Part shown: piece by piece, positions 9,580-18,880 of the stretch
Layout: each line of letters opens with the position of its first letter
Position numbering within the stretch: position 1 is the stretch's first letter
Assembly (NCBI GenBank): GCA_035936835.1
Contig: DASYVT010000215.1
Coordinates: 27,394 to 91,393, forward strand
Reading direction: 5' to 3'
Source: Candidatus Methylomirabilota bacterium
GTDB taxonomy: Bacteria > Methylomirabilota > Methylomirabilia > Rokubacteriales > CSP1-6
Length of the DNA: 64,000 nucleotides
Translations under genes and position numbers: made by a program
Notes under the pieces: generated by a model
Told to the model about the DNA's origin: nothing
Databases searched by the model: none
What the model saw: only the letters and a program-made list of their open reading frames with translations

Positions 9580-11898
9580 CTAGCGCATCGCGTCCCGGAG
9601 CGCCGCCCAGAGCCGCGCAGGCGTCAGCGGCATGTCGAGATGCGTGATCCCCAGCGGCGCCAGCGCGTCGACCGCGGCGTTGACGACGGCGGGCGGGATG
9701 CCGATGCAGCCGGCCTCGCCCACGCCCTTGGCCCCGAGCGGGTTGCGCGGCGAGGGCGTGCAGGTCTTCTCGATCAGGACGTGCGGCACGTCGTCGGCGC
9801 GCGGAATCGCGTAGTCCATGAGCGTGCCGGTCAAGAGCTGGCCGTCGCCGTCGTAGACGATCGCCTCGAGGAGGGCCTGCCCCAGCCCCTGGGCGAGGCT
9901 GCCGTGAAGCTGGCCCTCGGCGAGGAGCGGGTTGATGATGGTGCCGGCGTCGTCCACCCACACCAGCCTTTCGACGATGAGCCGGCCGGTCTCCGCCTCG
10001 ATCCGGACTGCGCAGACGATCGCGCCGAAGGTCCAGACCTCGGTCTCGGGCTGAAAGTACGTGGTGGCCTCGAGGCCCGGCGTGTCGCCCGCCGGCAGGG
10101 CATGGCCGCCCGCGTAGGCCGCGACCGCCACCTCGCGCCACATCACGCGCCGCTGCGGCACGCCGGTGACCTGGAAGCCGCCGGGGACGCCGATGATGTC
10201 GGGCACGGCGGCCTCGAGGAGCCGGGCCGCAATGCGCCGGCCCTTCTCGCGGACGTCGACGGCGACGCGCTGGAGCGCGCTGCCGCCGAGCGCGACGCTC
10301 CGGCTGCCGAAGGTGCCGAAGCCCTCGGGCCCCGAGCGCGTGTCGCCGTGCACCACGACCACGTCGTCCGGCGTGACGCCCAGGTGGTCGGCCACGATCT
10401 GGGCAAACGTCGTCTCGTGTCCCTGCCCGTGCGCGCTCGAGCCGGTGATGGCCGTCACCCGCCCCGACCGCTCGACCTTGATGCTGCCGCTCTCCCAGCC
10501 GAGCGCGCAGGGCTCGACGTACGACGCGAGGCCGATCCCGACGATCTCCCCGCGCGCTCGACGCCCCGCCTGTTCACTCCGCAGCCCCGTGTAATCCGCG
10601 GCGGCGAGCGCGCGCTCGAGGGCCAGGTGGTAGTTGCCCGAATCGTAGACCTGCCCCGTCGCCGTCCGGAACGGGAAGCTCGCGGCCGGGATGAAGTTGC
10701 GCCGGCGGATCTCGGCGGGATCGAGCCCGATCGCCCGCGCGGCCGTGTCCATCAGCCGCTCGATGACGAAGCAGGCCTCGGGCCGGCCGGCGCCGCGGTA
10801 GGCGGAGACGGGCGTCGTCGTGGTGAGCGCGCCGGTGACGGTGATGTCGCACGCCGGCACGACATAGCAGCCCGGCAAGAGACGCGCGTGGTTCCACGGC
10901 GAGCCGCCGGCGGCGTTCATCAGCATCGCGCCGAGTGGTGCTACGATGCGCGCACGCAGGGCCGCGATATGCCCCTCGGCGTCAACGGCCAGCTCGCCCT
11001 CGCAGACGGAGCCGCGCGCCTGGTTCGTGGTGATCTGGTCCTCGCCCCGCGTGGCTATCCACTTGACCGGTCGGCCGACCCGACGCGCCAGCCAACCCAG
11101 CAGCACCTCCTCGCGGTACGGACCCGTCTTGACGCCGAATCCGCCGCCGACATCAGGCGCGATCACCCGCACCCGAGACTCGGGCAGATCGAGGAGCCGC
11201 GCCACTTCGGCTCGAACCCGGAAGGGCGCCTGGCAGGACGTCCAGAGCGTCAGCTCCTCGGTTGACGCATCGAAGGTGGCGAGAACGGAGCGCGGCTCCA
11301 TCGCCACCGCTGAGAGCCGCTGCTGGACCACGCGGAGCGAGACAACGCGCGCCGCGCCGGCGACAGCCCGCGCAGCGTCTCCCTCGCGCAGCGTGCGAAT
11401 GAAGGACCGGTTCCCCGCGATCTCGGGATAGAGCGTGGGCGCTCCCTCGGCTACCGCGCCCTCCGGCTCGGGCAGCGCCTGGAGGGGCTCGTACGTGACC
11501 TCGATCAGATCGACGGCGTCTCGCGCGGCGTAGACACTGTCCGCCACCACGGCGGCCACGGGCGTGCCGGCGGCGTGGACGCGTCCGTCGGCGATGATCG
11601 GATGGGGCGGCACGCGCATGTCCGGCATGAGCCGGTTCACCGGCATCGGCGCCAGGTGGCCGACATCGGCCCCCGTCACGACGGCCACGACGCCGGCGGC
11701 GCGCAGCGCGGGCTCGACGTCGATCTTCACGATGCGCGCATGCGCATGGGGCGAGCGGAGCAGCACCACGTGGGCGCAGCCGGGCGGGGAGATGTCGTCC
11801 ACGTAGCGCCCCGACCCGACGAGTAAGCGATGGTCTTCCCGCCGCTTCAGCGGCCGGCCGATCCACGCGCCGTCTGCGGGCTGCTCTCCTTGGGCCAT
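9580..11898 (-). CDS. Xanthine dehydrogenase family molybdopterin-binding subunit (CoxL/aldehyde oxidoreductase large-subunit-like)
   Basis: 772 aa with the Ald_Xan_dh_C N-terminal domain (GRYVDDI, HAHARI) and molybdopterin-binding domains. No FeS or FAD partner subunits lie nearby. Confidence 0.85.
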   Translation of the reverse strand: MAQGEQPADGAWIGRPLKRREDHRLLVGSGRYVDDISPPGCAHVVLLRSPHAHARIVKIDVEPALRAAGVVAVVTGADVGHLAPMPVNRLMPDMRVPPHPIIADGRVHAAGTPVAAVVADSVYAARDAVDLIEVTYEPLQALPEPEGAVAEGAPTLYPEIAGNRSFIRTLREGDAARAVAGAARVVSLRVVQQRLSAVAMEPRSVLATFDASTEELTLWTSCQAPFRVRAEVARLLDLPESRVRVIAPDVGGGFGVKTGPYREEVLLGWLARRVGRPVKWIATRGEDQITTNQARGSVCEGELAVDAEGHIAALRARIVAPLGAMLMNAAGGSPWNHARLLPGCYVVPACDITVTGALTTTTPVSAYRGAGRPEACFVIERLMDTAARAIGLDPAEIRRRNFIPAASFPFRTATGQVYDSGNYHLALERALAAADYTGLRSEQAGRRARGEIVGIGLASYVEPCALGWESGSIKVERSGRVTAITGSSAHGQGHETTFAQIVADHLGVTPDDVVVVHGDTRSGPEGFGTFGSRSVALGGSALQRVAVDVREKGRRIAARLLEAAVPDIIGVPGGFQVTGVPQRRVMWREVAVAAYAGGHALPAGDTPGLEATTYFQPETEVWTFGAIVCAVRIEAETGRLIVERLVWVDDAGTIINPLLAEGQLHGSLAQGLGQALLEAIVYDGDGQLLTGTLMDYAIPRADDVPHVLIEKTCTPSPRNPLGAKGVGEAGCIGIPPAVVNAAVDALAPLGITHLDMPLTPARLWAALRDAMR

Positions 11899-11907
11899 GC
11901 TCGAGGG

Positions 11908-12215
11908 GCTACCGGCGCCGGGGCCGGCGGGGCTTCCGGTCCGCTTCCAAACTCGAGGTGCGCGTCTCCAGCGCCGAGATCCAGCCCGCGAGGCGGTTCA
12001 ATCGCCTTGCCTCGTGGTCGAATCGCCGGTCCACCGATTCCCAATACCGAGCCATGAGCACAGCAACTCCTCGGAGCTCAGCACGAAGTGATTCGCCGAC
12101 CTCATCGATGTGACGGCAGAATTCGGCGGTCGACTCGTCGATCATGTCGCCGTTAGTGTGTACCAATTCGGGGTCCACGGCCCAAGTCTCGCCGCGCTCC
12201 CGCACCTTGTCAATG
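11908..12215 (-). repeat. Repeat family copy 1 (about 310 bp, roughly 85% identical to 18176-18486). It carries the body of a 116 aa ORF.
   Basis: Aligned by eye to copy 2. The ends are near-identical, including a 46 bp core GGGGTCCACGGCCCAAGTCTCGCCGCGCTCCCGCACCTTGTCAATG, and the middle is more diverged. Confidence 0.65.
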
Positions 12216-12259
12216 TCCCAATAGGGCTCTCGAGGAAGCTGGGGCCGCGGCGGTTCCAA
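11909..12259 (-). CDS. Hypothetical protein encoded by repeat family copy 1 (116 aa, unknown function)
   Basis: Intact ORF MEPPRPQLPREPYWDIDKVRERGETWAVDPELV...LETRTSSLEADRKPRRPRRR. Its stop lies 10 nt upstream of the XDH-family gene start. Paralogous copies were translated at 18.2-18.5 kb and 25.8-25.9 kb. Confidence 0.45.
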   Translation of the reverse strand: MEPPRPQLPREPYWDIDKVRERGETWAVDPELVHTNGDMIDESTAEFCRHIDEVGESLRAELRGVAVLMARYWESVDRRFDHEARRLNRLAGWISALETRTSSLEADRKPRRPRRR

Positions 12260-12360
12260 ACGTGGACATTTACGCCGGTGGAGCTACGCAGTAACTCCAC
12301 TGCATGCGCGCGATGCGAATTGGGCTGCGGAAGGCCAGACCGCGGTTCTCCTCAGCGGTT

Positions 12361-12390
12361 GACAATATACAATCATACTAGCATCATAGG
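12361..12390 (+). promoter_or_regulatory. AT-rich putative sigma70-like promoter (TTGACA followed by TA-rich tract)
   Basis: TTGACAatatacaatcatacTAGCAT lies immediately upstream of the ATG at 12392. It is sharply AT-rich against a 70% GC background. Confidence 0.3.
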
Positions 12391-12391
12391 T

Positions 12392-12778
12392 ATGAGGGAA
12401 CCACGGCTCGTCACCGTCCTCTTGCGGCTCCTGCTCTTCTACAATTCGGGAGCCCGGGCCGGACGGGAGCCTATAGAGGATGAAAAGTTTATCCGAACCG
12501 CCGAAGAGATTGCCCAACAGTTCGGGGGTGGGACCCTCTTCGTGTTCCGCCGAGAAGACCCAAGAGGCTTCTGGTGGGATCGGGGCGTGGTGGACCGGGA
12601 TACCCTCGCCCTACTCGAGGTGGATGTTCCGGATACGGCCGGAGCGCGGGATTGGCTCCGTGGCTATGCGCGAGGTGTCCTTCTGAAGAGGTTCCGTCAG
12701 AAGGCTATCTACCTGAAGTTCATTGGACCCGTTGAGACGCTCCTGGTCACGGACGAAGAAATCGCGAGCGACTCTTAG
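12392..12778 (+). CDS. Hypothetical protein (129 aa)
   Basis: ORF MREPRLVTVLL...FVFRREDPRGFWWDRGVVDRD. No family was recognised. The start was chosen after the AT-rich promoter. Confidence 0.4.
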   Translation: MREPRLVTVLLRLLLFYNSGARAGREPIEDEKFIRTAEEIAQQFGGGTLFVFRREDPRGFWWDRGVVDRDTLALLEVDVPDTAGARDWLRGYARGVLLKRFRQKAIYLKFIGPVETLLVTDEEIASDS

Positions 12779-12791
12779 GGAGGAGACGACC

Positions 12792-12989
12792 ATGGCTCGG
12801 GAGAGAAAACTGGAAGCCCCAGTCACGCTATTCGCGGCGATCGAGACGAAGCAGCATCAGGCCCTGCGGGAAATCGCCTTCGAGCAGCGCCGCTCCATCG
12901 CCGATGTTGTCCGCGAGGCCATCAGCCAATACGTCGCCAAGCGCCCGGCAAGAACGAGTCGGCGGCGGTTGGTCGCGGGCCGGCGGTAA
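12792..12989 (+). CDS. Ribbon-helix-helix (CopG/Arc/MetJ-like) protein
   Basis: 65 aa, MARERKLEAPVTLFAAIETKQHQALREIAFEQRRSIADVVREAISQYV, with an RHH pattern. A GGGAGGAG RBS sits 6 nt upstream. Confidence 0.6.
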   Translation: MARERKLEAPVTLFAAIETKQHQALREIAFEQRRSIADVVREAISQYVAKRPARTSRRRLVAGRR

Positions 12990-13000
12990 AGGGAGCGGGT

Positions 13001-14161
13001 TTAGGTGCTCGCCGACAGCTTGTAGAGACGGGCGCAGTTGTCCCAGAGGATCTTGGCCTTGCTCTTGTCGCTGACGCCCTCGATCCGGACGAACTCCTCG
13101 ATGGCCACCGGGAAGAGCCCGTCGGAGTGCGGGTAGTCGGTCGAGACCACGATGTTGTCGTCGCCGATCGCCTCCACCACCTGGCGGAGCGGTTTCTCAT
13201 CGGCGTCGGTGGCGATATAGCACTGGCGAAAGAAGTACCGGCTCGGCAGCTGTGAGATCTGGATCTCCGAGCCCGGCCCGAACTTCTCCCAGGCCTCGTC
13301 GAGCCGCCAGAGGTACCACGGAAGCCAGCCGCACGTGCCCTCGAGGAACGCACAGCGGAGCCCCGGGTGGCGCTCGAGCACGCCGCCGGCGGCCATGCTC
13401 CCGAACGCCATCATCAGCTCGATCGGGTTGCGCCCGGCGACGCCGATGACCCGGCCGTTCGGGGTGTCGAGGTACCGGCGGGCAATGTCGTCCCTCAACG
13501 ATGACTGTCCCGTCGGGTGGAAGCCCACGGGCACGCCGAGCTCCTCGATCGCGTGCCACAGCGGCTCGAATGCGGGATCGTGGACGTGGCGGCCGTTGAT
13601 CGGGTTCGGGTTGCCGATCACCGCAACGGCGCCCAGCTCACGCACGGCTCGCTTGGCCTCGGCAATCGCGCCCGGGATGTCGTGGAAAGCCAGCTGGGCG
13701 GCGAACTTGAGCCGGCTCGGGTCGATCGAGCAGAAATCGCGCGTCCAGTTGTTGTGCGCGCGCGCCAGGGCGGCCGCCACCTGCGGGTCGAGATCATCGT
13801 GCATCAGGACCTGACGGCCGCGCGTGCCGTAAATAACGGCGACGTCGATGCCCTCGATATCCATCGCCTGGAGATGGGTCGGCGCGTCGTAGCCGCGAGC
13901 GTGCGCCACCGCGTAGTGCGGATGGCGGGCGAAGGAGCGCTCCTGGAGGCTCTTGCCAACCACTGCCGTCCGCGCGCGCTTCGACATCTCGGCGATCTCG
14001 ACGTCGCCGATCCGGATGACCGGCTGGTTCACCGATCCCTCGGCGGACCGCATGAAGCGGGGCGCGAATTTCTTGAACGGCTCGTCCAGGTACTGCTCCC
14101 AGAGGCCGTCCGGCTCCATCGTGTGCAGATCGCTATCCAGGACCCGGAATCCGTTCTTCAT
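13001..14161 (-). CDS. Amidohydrolase 2 family protein (ACMSD-like TIM-barrel metal-dependent hydrolase)
   Basis: 386 aa from MKNGFRVLDSDLHTMEP with a C-terminal STDYPHSD motif. The ORF-track 1002 aa extension is antisense to the adjacent real gene and was discarded. Confidence 0.8.
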   Translation of the reverse strand: MKNGFRVLDSDLHTMEPDGLWEQYLDEPFKKFAPRFMRSAEGSVNQPVIRIGDVEIAEMSKRARTAVVGKSLQERSFARHPHYAVAHARGYDAPTHLQAMDIEGIDVAVIYGTRGRQVLMHDDLDPQVAAALARAHNNWTRDFCSIDPSRLKFAAQLAFHDIPGAIAEAKRAVRELGAVAVIGNPNPINGRHVHDPAFEPLWHAIEELGVPVGFHPTGQSSLRDDIARRYLDTPNGRVIGVAGRNPIELMMAFGSMAAGGVLERHPGLRCAFLEGTCGWLPWYLWRLDEAWEKFGPGSEIQISQLPSRYFFRQCYIATDADEKPLRQVVEAIGDDNIVVSTDYPHSDGLFPVAIEEFVRIEGVSDKSKAKILWDNCARLYKLSAST

Positions 14162-14218
14162 GGCGGAGAGCTTAGTCTGGCGGGCCGGAGACGTCAAGGA
14201 CGGTGCTAGAATCCGCCC

Positions 14219-15598
14219 ATGCCCGACCGCACCCTGAAAATCGAGAACGCGCAGTACGTCCTGACGCTCGATGGGGAGCGCCGAATCATCCGCGACGCCT
14301 CGATCCTCGTGGAGGACGGCCGGATCACGCGCGTTGCCAAGGCGGCCGAGCTTGCCGCGGTCCGTGCTGACCGCGTGATCGACGCGAAGCGCCGGCTCGT
14401 CACGCCGGGCTTCGTCAACGGCCACATGCACATCAGCTACGCGCACGCCGTGCGCGGAATCTTCCCCGACGAGCTGGCGAGCCCGCTCGTCCACGTGTTT
14501 GCCCTGCAGGGCGCCATGACCGAGGAAGAGGAGTACCTCACAACCTTGCTCGGCCTCGTCGAGCTGCTGAAGAACGGCACGGTCTGCTTCGTGGATCCGG
14601 GCAGCACGAAGTTCCCCGACGCGTGCCTGCAGGCCTACGAGGACTCCGGCATCCGGGTGATGCTGGGCGAGTGCGTCACCGACGGGGACGCCCCGTTCAA
14701 GGTGCCGCGCTACGCCACCCACGAGGCTATCGCCCGGACGGCGGGGTTCATCGAGAAATGGCACGGCCGCCTGCAAGGCCGCGTGCGGGCCTGGGCGATG
14801 CCCTTCTCGCCGGAGACGTGCAGCGCCGAGCTGTTGCAGGCGCTCAAGCGCATGGTGGACGAGCGCGGCACTTCCCTGACGCTCCACCACAACAGCGGAC
14901 CCAAGGCGCGCCAGGAATACGCCGCCCGCCATGGCCTCCGACCGACCGAATACCTCGAATCCCTCGGCGTCCTCGGACCGAACGTGCTCCTCGCCCACGT
15001 GCTCGGGATAGACAACGCCGAGATCGACTGCCTGGCCCGTACGCGAACCGGCGTGGTGATGTGCCCCGTCACTTCCGCGAAGAGCGGCCGCGGCGTGCCC
15101 GAGCACGGCCGGATGCCGGAGCTGCTGGCGAAAGGTGTCAAGGTGGCCCTCGGCTGCGACTCGCCGAACAACTCCAACCATCTTGACATGGTCCGGACCA
15201 TGAACATGGCGGCGATCCAGTACAAAGACGCCCGCCAGGACACGCGCCAGATTCCCGCTGAATCCGCGCTGGAGATGGCCACGCTGCTCGGCGCGCAGGC
15301 TCTCGGCGTCGGCGACCAGCAGGGCTCCATCGAGCCCGGCAAGCGGGCGGACCTGGTGCTGTTCGACACCGAGCGGCCGGAGTGGCAGGCGCTCTTCAAT
15401 CCCGTCAACAACCTCGTCTATAACGCCGACGGGCGCAGCGTGCACACGGTCGTCGTGGACGGTCGCGTCGTCGTGGAGGACCACCGTCAGTCGTTCGTCG
15501 ACGAGGGCCGGCTTTTTGGCAAGGTGCAGGAGATCGGAGAGCGGCTCCAGGCCAGGACCGGCATCACGTTCCCCCGCTCGCGCTGGCCGATCGTCTGA
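14219..15598 (+). CDS. Amidohydrolase family protein (chlorohydrolase/aminohydrolase, SsnA/TRZ-ATZ-like)
   Basis: HxH metal motif (GFVNGHMHISYAH) and a C-terminal D in GCDSPNNSNHLD. Confidence 0.8.
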   Translation: MPDRTLKIENAQYVLTLDGERRIIRDASILVEDGRITRVAKAAELAAVRADRVIDAKRRLVTPGFVNGHMHISYAHAVRGIFPDELASPLVHVFALQGAMTEEEEYLTTLLGLVELLKNGTVCFVDPGSTKFPDACLQAYEDSGIRVMLGECVTDGDAPFKVPRYATHEAIARTAGFIEKWHGRLQGRVRAWAMPFSPETCSAELLQALKRMVDERGTSLTLHHNSGPKARQEYAARHGLRPTEYLESLGVLGPNVLLAHVLGIDNAEIDCLARTRTGVVMCPVTSAKSGRGVPEHGRMPELLAKGVKVALGCDSPNNSNHLDMVRTMNMAAIQYKDARQDTRQIPAESALEMATLLGAQALGVGDQQGSIEPGKRADLVLFDTERPEWQALFNPVNNLVYNADGRSVHTVVVDGRVVVEDHRQSFVDEGRLFGKVQEIGERLQARTGITFPRSRWPIV

Positions 15599-16069
15599 AT
15601 GACCGAGCGCGAGGCGTTGACGGCCCTGCGCGGCGACGATGTCGCCCAGGCGGCGCGCGCGGCCGGCGTCCTCTGGGAGATGTGGCACCGCTCCGGCGAA
15701 CCGCGGCTCGACGGGCTCCTGCAGGAAGGTATCGAGGCGATGGAGCGCCAGGACCTGCCCACCGCCGACGCGATGTTCACGCGGTTGATCGACGAGGCGC
15801 CGGCCTTCGCCGAAGGCTGGAACAAGCGCGCCACCGTTCGCTACATGGCCGACGACTACGCGGCGTCGATCGCGGACTGCCGGGAGACGCTCGCGCGCAA
15901 TCCCAACCACTTCGGCGCGCTCTCCGGCCAGGGGCTCTGCCACCTCATGCTGGGCCAGTTCCACGAGGCCGCGGAGCTCTTCCGCCGGACGCTCGCCGTG
16001 CACCCGCATCTCGGCAGCGCGCGCGACAATCTCCGGACAGCCCTAGCCGAAATCGTGAAGCTGAACTAA
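15599..16069 (+). CDS. Tetratricopeptide repeat protein
   Basis: TPR-like repeats (AFAEGWNKRATVRYMADDYAASIADCRETLARNPNH). The start overlaps the previous stop (TGAATG). Confidence 0.6.
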   Translation: MTEREALTALRGDDVAQAARAAGVLWEMWHRSGEPRLDGLLQEGIEAMERQDLPTADAMFTRLIDEAPAFAEGWNKRATVRYMADDYAASIADCRETLARNPNHFGALSGQGLCHLMLGQFHEAAELFRRTLAVHPHLGSARDNLRTALAEIVKLN

Positions 16070-16083
16070 GAGGAGGCCACGCG

Positions 16084-16470
16084 ATGAACAGGCGCATCCA
16101 GGTGCTCGCCACGATGGTGGTCGTCCTTCTCACATTCCCTATGGAGGTTCGAGCCGCCGACGTGCCCGCGCCTTACATTTCCGGCGGAGCCGGCGCGGAC
16201 TCGCGAGAAGAGCTCCTTGCCAAGGAGAAGGAATACAACCTCAAGGTCATCACCGCCGACAAATCCGGCGACTACCTGGCGGGCGTGAAGGTCGTGATCG
16301 AGTCGGCCAAGAAGGAGCAGGTCCTCGACGCCACGATGACGGGACCGATTCTCCTGGCCAAGCTGGTTCCCGGGACGTACACCATCAGGGCCACCTCTGG
16401 CGGTCAGACGCTCACCCGGACAGTGACCATCGCGGCGCAGGGGCTGCGGCAGGTGGACCTTCGCTGGTAG
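16084..16470 (+). CDS. Secreted hypothetical protein (signal peptide, all-beta CarboxypepD_reg-like)
   Basis: The signal peptide is MNRRIQVLATMVVVLLTFPMEVRA, preceded by a GAGGAGG RBS. Confidence 0.5.
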   Translation: MNRRIQVLATMVVVLLTFPMEVRAADVPAPYISGGAGADSREELLAKEKEYNLKVITADKSGDYLAGVKVVIESAKKEQVLDATMTGPILLAKLVPGTYTIRATSGGQTLTRTVTIAAQGLRQVDLRW

Positions 16471-16473
16471 GAC

Positions 16474-18084
16474 TCAGCCGCGCTTTTTCCGGGCGCGGAG
16501 GTCGATGGAGCCGGGCCGTTGGCGCGGGTCTTCGCCCGGAGGGAAAATCTGGGTCTTCTGCACTTTCTGGGTGCCGGTGGTGGGCAGGCGATCGACGAAG
16601 AGGACCCAGCCCGGGGCCTTGAAGTAGGCGAGCCGGCCGAGACACCAGTCGGCGAGCTCGCCCGCCAGCCGCGCGTCGGCCACCGAGCCCGGCATGGCGA
16701 CGACACAGGCCATGACCTCCTCCTCGCGGATCTCGTCGGGCACGGCGACCACGGCCACCTGGGCCACGGCCTCGTGGGCCTGGAGACAGGCCTCCACCTC
16801 CGCCGCCGCGATGTTCTCGCCTGAACGTCGGATGATGTTCTTCTTGCGGTCGACGAAGTAGAGCATGCCGCTCGCGTCCCGGCGCACCGCATCGCCCGTG
16901 TGGAACCAGCCCCCGCGCCACGCGTCTTCCGTCGCCTCCGCGTTCTTGAGATACCCGGCGAAGAATCCGTGCCGGGCGCCTTCCGGCCCGCCCCAGCGGA
17001 CAACAAGCTCGCCCTGCGTCTCGGCGGGCAGCTCCCGGTCCTGCTCGTCGACGACGCGCGCCTCGAGCCCACCGTGGGGCCGGCCGAACGCGCGCGTGTG
17101 GATTTCGCGCGGCTCGAAGCGATCGGCCAGGATGCGGCCGGTCTCGGTCATGCCCCACACTTCCACGAGAGGGAAGCCGAAGCGCTTTTCGAAGGGCTCA
17201 TGGAGCTGGGGCTCGACGCCGGCGCCGAGACCGAACTTGATGCGATGCTCGCGGTCTTCAGGCGCGGGCTCCTGGTTGAGGAGAAGCGGGGGCATCACGC
17301 CCAGATAGTGGATGATCGTGGCGCGCGAGGCGGCCACGTCGGGCCACCAGCGGCGGGGGCTGAAGCGCTCGGACAGGATCAAGCAGTTGGCCGTAAGCAT
17401 GGCGCACGTGGCCGTGACGGCCATGCAGTTCATGTGGAAGAGCGGCAGCGGATTCAGAAAGCGCTCGCGCCCGCGCTCAATGGCGAGGCGCCCGCCCAGG
17501 TCTCGGTACCAGGCCCCGGCGTTGAGGTAGTAGAGGTTGCTGAGGATGCAGCCCTTTGGCCGCCCCGTGGTGCCCGAGGTATAGAGGAGGGCGCACTCGG
17601 TGTCGAGCCCCGGCGCGCCGTCGCGCGGCGCCGGGCCCGCCTTGGGGAACGACGCGGGCAGCGCCTCGGCGTCGACCACCGGCAGCGGCTTCGCGCGCTC
17701 GCGCGCCACCGCCTCTAGAGAGCCCACGCGAGCCGGGATCGTCACCGCCAGCTCCGCCCCGGAATGATCCATCTGGTAGAGGAGCTCGTCATGCCGATAG
17801 TCGGGATTGATGGGCACCACGCCGGCGCCGAGGGCATTCAGGGCCAGGTAGTGAAAGAAAAACTCCGGCCGGTTCTCGAAGAGGAGGCCCACGCGATGGC
17901 CGTGGCCATACCCGGCGGCCGCGTAGCGCTCGCGCAGTGCCAGCGCCTCGGCGCGCACCTGCGCGTAGGTGTACTCGACGCCCTCCGGATGGTAGGCGCG
18001 ACCGGGGGAAGCTGGCGCGCAGAGGAAGGAATGATCGGGCGCGGCCTTCGCCGTGGCCACGAAAGCGTCGAAGACCGTGTCCAT
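16474..18084 (-). CDS. AMP-dependent synthetase/ligase (acyl-CoA synthetase, ANL superfamily)
   Basis: Motifs YTSGTTGRPKG and GWFHTGD. Confidence 0.85.
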   Translation of the reverse strand: MDTVFDAFVATAKAAPDHSFLCAPASPGRAYHPEGVEYTYAQVRAEALALRERYAAAGYGHGHRVGLLFENRPEFFFHYLALNALGAGVVPINPDYRHDELLYQMDHSGAELAVTIPARVGSLEAVARERAKPLPVVDAEALPASFPKAGPAPRDGAPGLDTECALLYTSGTTGRPKGCILSNLYYLNAGAWYRDLGGRLAIERGRERFLNPLPLFHMNCMAVTATCAMLTANCLILSERFSPRRWWPDVAASRATIIHYLGVMPPLLLNQEPAPEDREHRIKFGLGAGVEPQLHEPFEKRFGFPLVEVWGMTETGRILADRFEPREIHTRAFGRPHGGLEARVVDEQDRELPAETQGELVVRWGGPEGARHGFFAGYLKNAEATEDAWRGGWFHTGDAVRRDASGMLYFVDRKKNIIRRSGENIAAAEVEACLQAHEAVAQVAVVAVPDEIREEEVMACVVAMPGSVADARLAGELADWCLGRLAYFKAPGWVLFVDRLPTTGTQKVQKTQIFPPGEDPRQRPGSIDLRARKKRG

Positions 18085-18092
18085 ACCTCTAC

Positions 18093-18146
18093 CCTCTCCT
18101 CATCCCTCTCCCCCGTCGAGGGGGAGAGGGCAGGGTGAGGGGGCCT
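18093..18146. repeat. G-rich palindromic unit (REP-like) in the 5'UTR of the acyl-CoA synthetase gene
   Basis: CCCTCTCCCCCgtcgaGGGGGAGAGGGCAGGGTGAGGGGG. On the minus strand it is followed by tandem GGAGAGGG motifs ahead of the ATG. Confidence 0.5.
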
Positions 18147-18175
18147 GCCAAGCTGCCGACATCCACCGCCCTAGG

Positions 18176-18486
18176 CTACCGAGGCCGGCGGGTCCGGCGA
18201 GGCTTCCGATCGTCTTCCAGGCTCGAGGTGCGCGTCTCGAGCGTCGAGATCCAGCCATCGAGGCGGTCCAATCGCCTCGCCTGCTGGTCGAACCGCCGGT
18301 CCAACGATTCCCCATAACGAGCAATGAGAACGGCAAGGCCGCGGACGTCCGCACGAAGCGGCTCGCCAACCTCATCGATATGGCGGCATGTTTCGGCATT
18401 CTACGCGGCTATGTCGTCGCAAACGTGGGCGACCAACGCGGGGTCCACTGCCCAAGTCTCGCCGCGCTCCCGCACCTTGTCAATGC
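18176..18486 (-). pseudogene. Repeat family copy 2. The paralog of the 116 aa ORF is interrupted by an in-frame TAG (TCG to TAG relative to copy 1).
   Basis: Minus-strand translation gives ...RIDKVRERGETWAVDPALVAHVCDDIAA*NAETCRHIDEVGEPLRADVRGLAVLIARYGESLDRRFDQQARRLDRLDGWISTLETRTSSLEDDRKPRRTRRPR*. Confidence 0.55.
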
Positions 18487-18535
18487 GGCTCGCCCCCTCA
18501 CCCTGCCCTCTCCCCCGATGGGGGAGAGGGAAGCC
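18487..18535. repeat. G-rich palindromic unit (REP-like)
   Basis: CCCCCTCACCCTGCCCTCTCCCCCgatGGGGGAGAGGG lies directly abutting the 46 bp repeat core. Confidence 0.5.
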
Positions 18536-18583
18536 CTGCTCGATGGGCCAATCGCAGAGCTCCACGAGCGGATTCCGCGACAT

Positions 18584-18592
18584 GTTAGAATC
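18584..18592 (+). promoter_or_regulatory. Putative extended -10 promoter element for hicB (TGtTAGAAT)
   Basis: TGTTAGAAT lies about 34 nt upstream of the hicB ATG. An AAGGAGG RBS follows. Confidence 0.3.
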
Positions 18593-18625
18593 TCCTAGAG
18601 CAAGGATCACAAGGAGGTCCAATCC

Positions 18626-18880
18626 ATGGGTGGGCCGGCGGTCTTGCAGTACCAGGTCGCATTCACGCGCGATCCGGAGACTGCAAGCGTGGTAGCGGAG
18701 ATTGCAGCGCTTCAGATCGCTGACTTCGGGGTAGACGTCCCGGAGGCGTTGGATCGCTTGCAATCTATGGCGACCTTCCACCTCGATTGCCTGATTCAAG
18801 AGGGCAAGCCAGTTCCCACCGAAGAAAGGGAGGAAGCGGGGTTCTACCTTCGCGTCAAGCTTCCTCCCCATGCCGCTTAG
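18626..18880 (+). CDS. hicB: HicB family antitoxin (UPF0150 N-terminal domain)
   Basis: 84 aa, [56 protein letters not shown], matching the HicB-like fold pattern. Confidence 0.7.
   Translation: MGGPAVLQYQVAFTRDPETASVVAEIAALQIADFGVDVPEALDRLQSMATFHLDCLIQEGKPVPTEEREEAGFYLRVKLPPHAA

Noticed and set aside
13001-16009. A 1002 aa minus-strand ORF that looks like a giant protein
   Set aside because: Only the C-terminal 386 aa (from MKNGFRVLD) is an amidohydrolase-2 protein. The N-terminal 600 aa are antisense to the real plus-strand amidohydrolase gene 14219-15598. This is a common high-GC artefact.
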